Shown here: piece after piece, positions 46,046 to 64,000 of the stretch
Position numbering within the stretch: the stretch's first letter is position 1
How the letters are laid out: each line of letters opens with the position of its first letter
Origin: Macrostomum lignano
Taxonomy: Eukaryota
DNA length: 64,000 nucleotides
NCBI GenBank assembly: GCA_002269645.1
Contig: NIVC01000571.1
Coordinates: 1 to 64,000, forward strand
Direction of reading: 5' to 3'
The notes under the pieces: generated by a model
The model's input: the letters and a program-made list of their open reading frames with translations, nothing else
Told to the model about the DNA's origin: nothing
Databases searched by the model: none
Translations under genes and position numbers: made by a program

Positions 46046-46850
46046 ATAGACACAAGGCCCATAGACACAAGGCCCTTAGTCATCACAAGGCCCATAGGCA
46101 CAAGGCCCTTAGTCATCACAAGGCCCATAGGCACAAGGCCCTTAGTCATCACAAGGCCCATAGACACAAGGCCCTTAGTCATCACAAGGCCCATAGACAC
46201 AAGGCCCTTAGTCATCACAAGGCCCATAGACACAAGGCCCTTAGTCATCACAAGGCCCATAGACACAAGGCCCTTAGTCATCACAAGGCCCATAGACACA
46301 AGGCCCTTAGTCATCACAAGGCCCATAGACACAAGGCCCTTAGTCATCACAAGGCCCATAGACACAAGGCCTTTAGTCATCACAAGGCCCATAGACACAA
46401 GGCCCTTAGTCATCACAAGGCCCATAGACACAAGGCCCATAGACACAAGGCCCATAGACACAAGGCCCATAGACACAAGGCCCTTAGTCATCACAAGGCC
46501 CTTAGTCATCACAAGGCCCATAGGCACAAGGCCCTTAGTCATCACAAGGCCCATAGACACAAGGCCCTTAGTCATCACAAGGCCCATAGACACAAGGCCC
46601 TTAGTCATCACAAGGCCCATAGACACAAGGCCTTTAGTCATCACAAGGCCCATAGACACAAGGCCCTTAGTCATCACAAGGCCCATAGACACAAGGCCCA
46701 TAGACACAAGGCCCATAGACACAAGGCCCTTAGTCATCACAAGGCCCATAGACACAAGGCCCTTAGTCATCACAAGGCCCATAGACACAAGGCCCTTAGT
46801 CATCACAAGGCCCATAGACACAAGGCCCTTAGTCATCACAAGGCCCATAA
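46046..46850. repeat. Minisatellite, 33-bp unit built from 15- and 18-bp CACAAGGCCC subunits
   Basis: Direct reading. Confidence 0.97.
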
Positions 46851-47809
46851 ACACAATGTCATAGGTGTGCTTACAAATCGTGCTTAAATTGCACCAGGCA
46901 CGTATTAGTCCTGTAGTTGAGGTGTTTGGGCTTAAAAAAATAATGTATGATGCAATTATGCTCAAAGCTCATGCAAAGAGGATCATCCATGCTGTTCATT
47001 CAGCAATGCATAGCGGGTGCTACGCTTGATAAGGGATTACATAAGATGGAGTAGAATTCCTTGCAGCAAGAGTTACATGTAGAAAGTGGAGTTGAGCCAG
47101 ACTATTGGGTAGAATACCTGAGAGTACATACAACCTTAGACTGAAGCTGTGCTGCATCATACTGTGTTTATTGAAACAGTGAACTGTCGCCTAAAAGCCG
47201 CTAGCTCGCATTTACATGGCAAATAGTGCAGACAAAAGCAGGCCACCCGAGCAGCAGTTATTTGCACTTTTCTTGTGCATCTGAGGCTCCAATCAGATGC
47301 AGATGAAGAAGCCATGTTAGACCAGCCTCCTTGCCTCATCTTTTCATTTTGCAGTCCAATTTCATAGTTGGCGGAGCTGCACTTGGCCGCGCAGTGATGA
47401 ATATTTCACACTGGGCCCCCCCCCCCCACAGCCTTTGTGCCGCTCCGTTGCTTTTCCAAGCAGCGGAGTCCGCTCGCAGCCCGCTCAAACAAAATTGATG
47501 AGGCAAGGATGGCCGGCCGGCTTGGGAGCTACCGGCGGCGGCTGAGGACGAACTGCGCAACTTTTCAACTGCCGCGTATATCGGATTCCCCAGAAACAGC
47601 GGAAAGTCTGTTCGGCTGCTATTCAGGGGCTGGCTATTGCCACACTGAGAGATCCCCAAGGGCGCTGGTGGAGCCATCGCAGCAGCCGATTGCCCGGCCA
47701 GAGCTGCCGCAGTTGACTCTGATTTTTTACGATTCCACGATGCCCCACCATAAAACTGCGAGTTGGTGCGCGGGAATCTGCGTTTATTGGCCCCCACTGT
47801 CTGACTACG

Positions 47810-48112
47810 TCTCCATCTCTCTGACCCTCCCTTCATCTCCAGTCTCTCTCCGACCACCCTTCATCTCCAGTCTCTCTCTGACCCTCCCTTCATCTCCAGT
47901 CTCTCTCTGACCCTCCCTTCATCTCCAGTCTGTCTCTGACCCTCCATTCATCTCCAGTCTCTCTCTGACCCTCCCTTCATCTCCAGTCTGTCTCTGACCC
48001 TCCATTCATCTCCAGTCTCTCTCTGACCCTCCCTTCATCTCCTGTCCCTCTCTGACCCTCCATTCATCTCCAGTCTCTCTCTGACCCTCAATTCATCTCC
48101 AGTCTCTCTCTA
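47810..48112. repeat. Pyrimidine-rich minisatellite, 29-bp unit (CTCTCTGACCCTCCCTTCATCTCCAGTCT)
   Basis: Direct reading. Confidence 0.93.
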
Positions 48113-48877
48113 ACCCAATCCCTTCGAGTCTCTGACTCGTTCCATTGATCTAAAATCTCTGACTCTTTCCTCTTATCTCTAGCCTCTCTCTGACTCTCTC
48201 TTATCATCTCAAATTTCTGTCTGACTATTGTCCTTTGTCTCGCATCTTTCTGACTTTTTCCCTTCATCTTCATCTCTCTTTACTCTCTACCTGCACTCTA
48301 GTCTGTGTCTCTCTGGTTTTCTATTTATTTGATTTCTTGTTTCCACTCAGTTGTTTGTCTTCCCTCTGGCCCAGCCGCGCTTCCTGCTTTCCTTGGTCTT
48401 CTAAAAGAGAGCGGAGGAGCTGACCCATAAAAATCCGTCAGTTGAGTCCCGAGCCGCCAGCAAGTCGAAGATTTCAAAAAATGACAAGCAGAAAATCTGC
48501 CTCTTGGTCTCGAGCGCGTGGAAGCGAAGGGGACGCGGCCGCTTCCGCGTCACATTTTGCTAAATCCGCCCCCCCAAACCCCTAAGGGACTTCGCGCCTG
48601 GCGTGGCGCCGCCCCCCCCCCCCTATTGGCCGAGGGGATTCCCAGATCCTCGGCTGCCCGCCCAGACAGACAGGCGGATAAATTTCTGCGCCCTGCTGCG
48701 GAACTCGCTGTGTTCCCCGTCTGAGCCGCCGCCGCCTGCCCCGCCTCCTCTGCTGCATCCGGAAAGTTCAGCGGGTAAGTTCAACGGGCGCCGCATCCGG
48801 GCCTCTCCTTGATTATAGCTACTATAGTACATGCATTGTCTTCCTCGATCAACACCTGTAGGGTGCACGGTCTAGAT

Positions 48878-50602
48878 TGGCTACACTAGCAATCCATGCA
48901 CTCTGCAGTTTGTTGGCTAGACTAGCAATCCATGCTATCCCACTCTGCAGTTTGTTGGCTAGACTAGCAATCCATGCTATCTCACTCTGCAGTTTGTTGG
49001 CTAGACTAGCAATCCATGCTATCCCACTCTGCAGTTTGTTGGCTACACTAGCAATCCATGCTATCCCACTCTGCAGTTTGTTGGCTAGACTAGCAATCCA
49101 TGCTATCCCACTCTGCAGTTTGTTGGCTAGACTAGCAATCCATGCTATCCCACTCTGCAGTTTGTTGGCTAGACTAGCAATCCATGCTATCTCACTCTGC
49201 AGTTTGTTGGCTAGATTAGCAATCCATGCTATCCCACTCTGCAGTTTGTTGGCTAGACTAGCAATCCATGCTATCCCACTCTGCAGTTTGTTGGCTAGAC
49301 TAGCAATCCATGCTATCCCACTCTGCAGTTTGTTGGCTAGACTAGCAATCCATGCTATCCCACTCTGCAGTTTGTTGGCTAGACTAGCAATCCATGCTAT
49401 CCCACTCTGCAGTTTGTTGGCTAGACTAGCAATCCATGCTATCCCACTCTGCAGTTTGTTGGCTACACTAGCAATCCATGCTATCCCACTCTGCAGTTTG
49501 TTGGCTAGACTAGCAATCCATGCTATCCCACTCTGCAGTTTGTTGGCTAGACTAGCAATCCATGCTATCCCACTCTGCAGTTTGTTGGCTAGACTAGCAA
49601 TCCATGCTATCTCACTCTGCAGTTTGTTGGCTAGATTAGCAATCCATGCTATCCCACTCTGCAGTTTGTTGGCTAGACTAGCAATCCATGCTATCCCACT
49701 CTGCAGTTTGTTGGCTAGACTAGCAATCCATGCTATCCCACTCTGCAGTTTGTTGGCTAGACTAGCAATCCATGCTATCCCACTCTGCAGTTTGTTGGCT
49801 AGACTAGCAATCCATGCTATCCCACTCTGCAGTTTGTTGGCTAGACTAGCAATCCATGCTATCCCACTCTGCAGTTTGTTGGCTAGACTAGCAATCCATG
49901 CTAATCCCACTCTGCAGTTCGTTGGCTAGACTAGCAATCCATGCTAATCCCACTCTGCAGTTTGTTGGCTAGACTAGCAATCCATGCTATCTCACTCTGC
50001 AGTTTGTTGGCTAGACTAGCAATCCATGCTAATCCCACTCTGCAGTTCGTTGGCTAGACTAGCAATCCATGCTAATCCCACTCTGCAGTTTGTTGGCTAG
50101 ACTAGCAATCCATGCTATCTCACTCTGCAGTTTGTTGGCTAGACTAGCAATCCATGCTAATCCACTCTGCAGTTTGTTGGCTAGACTAGCAATCCATGCT
50201 ATCCCACTCTGCAGTTTGTTGGCTAGGCTAGCAATCCATTATAATCCCCCGTCCACAGCTCAATGGCTAGGCTAGCAATCCATGCTAATCCCCTGTTCAC
50301 AGCTCAATGGCTAGGCTAGCAATCCATGCTAATCCCCTGTCTGCAGTTCAATGACTAGGCTAGCAATCCATGCTAATCCCCTGTCCACAGCTCAATGACT
50401 AGGCTAGCAATCCATGCTAATCCCCTGTCCACAGCTCAATGACTAGGCTAGCAATCCATGCTAATCCCCTGTCTGCAGTTCAATGACTAGGCTAGCAATC
50501 CATGCTAATCCCCTGTCCACAGCTCAATGACTAGGCTAGCAATCCATGCTAATCCCCTGTCCACAGCTCAATGACTAGGCTAGCAATCCATGCTAATCCC
50601 CT
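48878..50602. repeat. Minisatellite, 42-bp unit (GCTAGACTAGCAATCCATGCTATCCCACTCTGCAGTTTGTTG), switching at ~50222 to a related ~44-bp unit
   Basis: Direct reading. Confidence 0.97.
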
Positions 50603-51082
50603 GATGCTTGAATGCATTGAAATGGACTCAAAGCTCAGTTAAATTTCCCATGCTTGCGTGCATTTCCATCCCCAGTTGTACTTGGTGCTGGTGGTGGGGG
50701 GGGGGGTCAGCGGCACACGAGCTGGCAAGTTTGCGAGGCTGAGCGGCAGTTTTTAACAGCCGCAGTTGCCAGGCAGGGGGTGGCGGCCCGGCAGGCGGCC
50801 TGCCGGCTGCTCAGCGGCAGGGGGATCTGCAGCTTTCCTCCCGTCCAAAATTCGCTCCGCTTGTTTAGCGGCGCTGATCCCAATCTGGGAGGCTGTGGAG
50901 GCCGATTAAGCCATGAGCGATGATGGGGCTGTTGTCTCGGCAGGCTTATCCCGATTCCCATCCAGCCTCCAGGGCTGCATCGCGTGAGCTCTGATTATTT
51001 CCCTGCTCTGCGTGAAGAAGAATTCATTTTGGCGATTGGCCCGCAATGCGGCCCCCTAAGGTGGCGCTCGCGAGGGAATTCC

Positions 51083-51690
51083 GGCATGGCTTGCCCTGAA
51101 TCCTCATGGGGAATTTCGGGATGGCTTGCCCTGAATCCTCATGGGGAATTTCGGGATGGCTTGTCCTGAATCCTCATGGGGAATTTCAGGATGGCTTGCC
51201 CTGAATCCTCATGGGGAATTTCGGGATGGCTTGTCCTGAATCCTCATGGGGAATTTCGGGATGGCTTGCTCTGAATCCTCATGGGGAATTTCGGGATGGC
51301 TTGCTCTGAATCCTCATGGGGAATTTCGGGATGGCTTGCTCTGAATCCTCATGGGGAATTTCGGGATGGCTTGCTCTGAATCCTCATGGGGAATTTCGGG
51401 ATGACTTGCTCTGAATCCTCATGGGGAATTTCGGGATGACTTGCTCTGAACCCTAATGGGGAATTTCGGGATGGCTTGCCCTGAATCCTCATGGGGAATT
51501 TCGGGATGGCTTGCCCTGAATCCTCATGGGGAATTTCGGGATGGCTTGCCCTGAATCCTCATGGGGAATTTCGGGATGGCTTGCCCTGAATCCTCATGGG
51601 GAATTTCGGGATGATTGCCCTGAGGCTTCATGGGGAATTTCGGGATGGCTTGCACTGAGGCTTCATGGGGAATTTCGAGATGGTCTGCTT
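51083..51690. repeat. Minisatellite, 35-bp unit (ATGGCTTGCCCTGAATCCTCATGGGGAATTTCGGG)
   Basis: Direct reading. Confidence 0.96.
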
Positions 51691-52403
51691 TGTGGCCTCA
51701 TGGGGAATCTCGAGAGCTTCTCAGCTGTTCTTAGCAGCCACATACAGACTGTGGGCAAATTCCTTAAAACTGTCTGGGCCTCAAGAGCGGGCCAGCACGG
51801 CCGGCACGCAGCTGATTCAAAACTCTGCGCTCAATCGATCCTGCGCTCAGCTGCGAGTTCCGCCGCGCAGGCGGCAAGAGCACTTGAAGGCAGAGCACTG
51901 AATTCTTTCACCACTGCCTGCTGCCACTCCACGCACACCACATATACTACTCTGCTGGCAGTAGTCTAACCAGCGGCAGTCCCAGCTGCCAGTTAATCGC
52001 CCCCCCCAACAACCGAATTCCAGCCGGCAGCTGTTTAATCAGCCAGAAGAAAAGCTGCTTCCACCGGCACCTTCGGCCGCCTCCTGTCCGCAGCCGCCGC
52101 GCATCGCCCCGGCAGTTCGAACGGGCAACACACAAAGGCCTCCCGTGCTCGCCCTGCCTGCCCAGTGGAGACAGAGCGGCAGAGACGCCAGCTCAGCGCG
52201 CTCACCAGCCACCTCGGGCTCCCCTCGCTGCCTCTATTGATCCCATTCGACCTTGGACAGCCTCCCCTCCGCCGCCGCTCTGCCCCGCGCAGCCCGCCGG
52301 CCTCCCCAGCCTCAGCCAGTGCGATCCGGCCTGCGAGAGCGGGAGTTAAATTTAAACTCCGCCCGGCGATTCCCAACTGAAAAGCCCCGCCCGCCCCAAC
52401 TGC

Positions 52404-63969
<11,566 letters not shown>

Positions 63970-64000
63970 ATGGCTTTGGGAGCGAATTGCTCGGCCTGGA

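Overview
Eukaryotic (metazoan) genomic DNA. GC-rich, poly-Ala/Gln-rich exons sit in AT-rich spacers and minisatellite-filled introns, a style resembling the flatworm Macrostomum (inference only). Five protein-coding genes could be assembled by hand with phase-consistent GT-AG junctions. (1) RalGDS/RGL-like RasGEF, minus strand, runs off the left end. (2) ZC3H18-like protein apparently lacking its CCCH finger, minus. (3) A six-exon, ~1024-aa fusion of a PLP-dependent class-V cysteine desulfurase with a bacterial-type TtcA tRNA C32 2-thiolase and a C-terminal transmembrane tail, minus. (4) MTSS1/MIM-like I-BAR protein, plus. (5) Shab/Kv2 voltage-gated K+ channel, plus. Mobile DNA: a 6.2-kb Gypsy element with identical LTRs, a gag-only deleted Gypsy, several 8-bp-TSD TIR elements, and two copies of a hAT-type MITE carrying a 62-64 bp piece of 28S rRNA centred on the R2/I-PpoI/Pokey target site. 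About 14.5 kb (~23%) is tandem repeat, which explains most long ORFs in the ORF track. No CRISPR array, tRNA gene or full rRNA gene was found. The best candidates for an undescribed system are the desulfurase-TtcA-TM fusion and the 28S-fragment MITE family.
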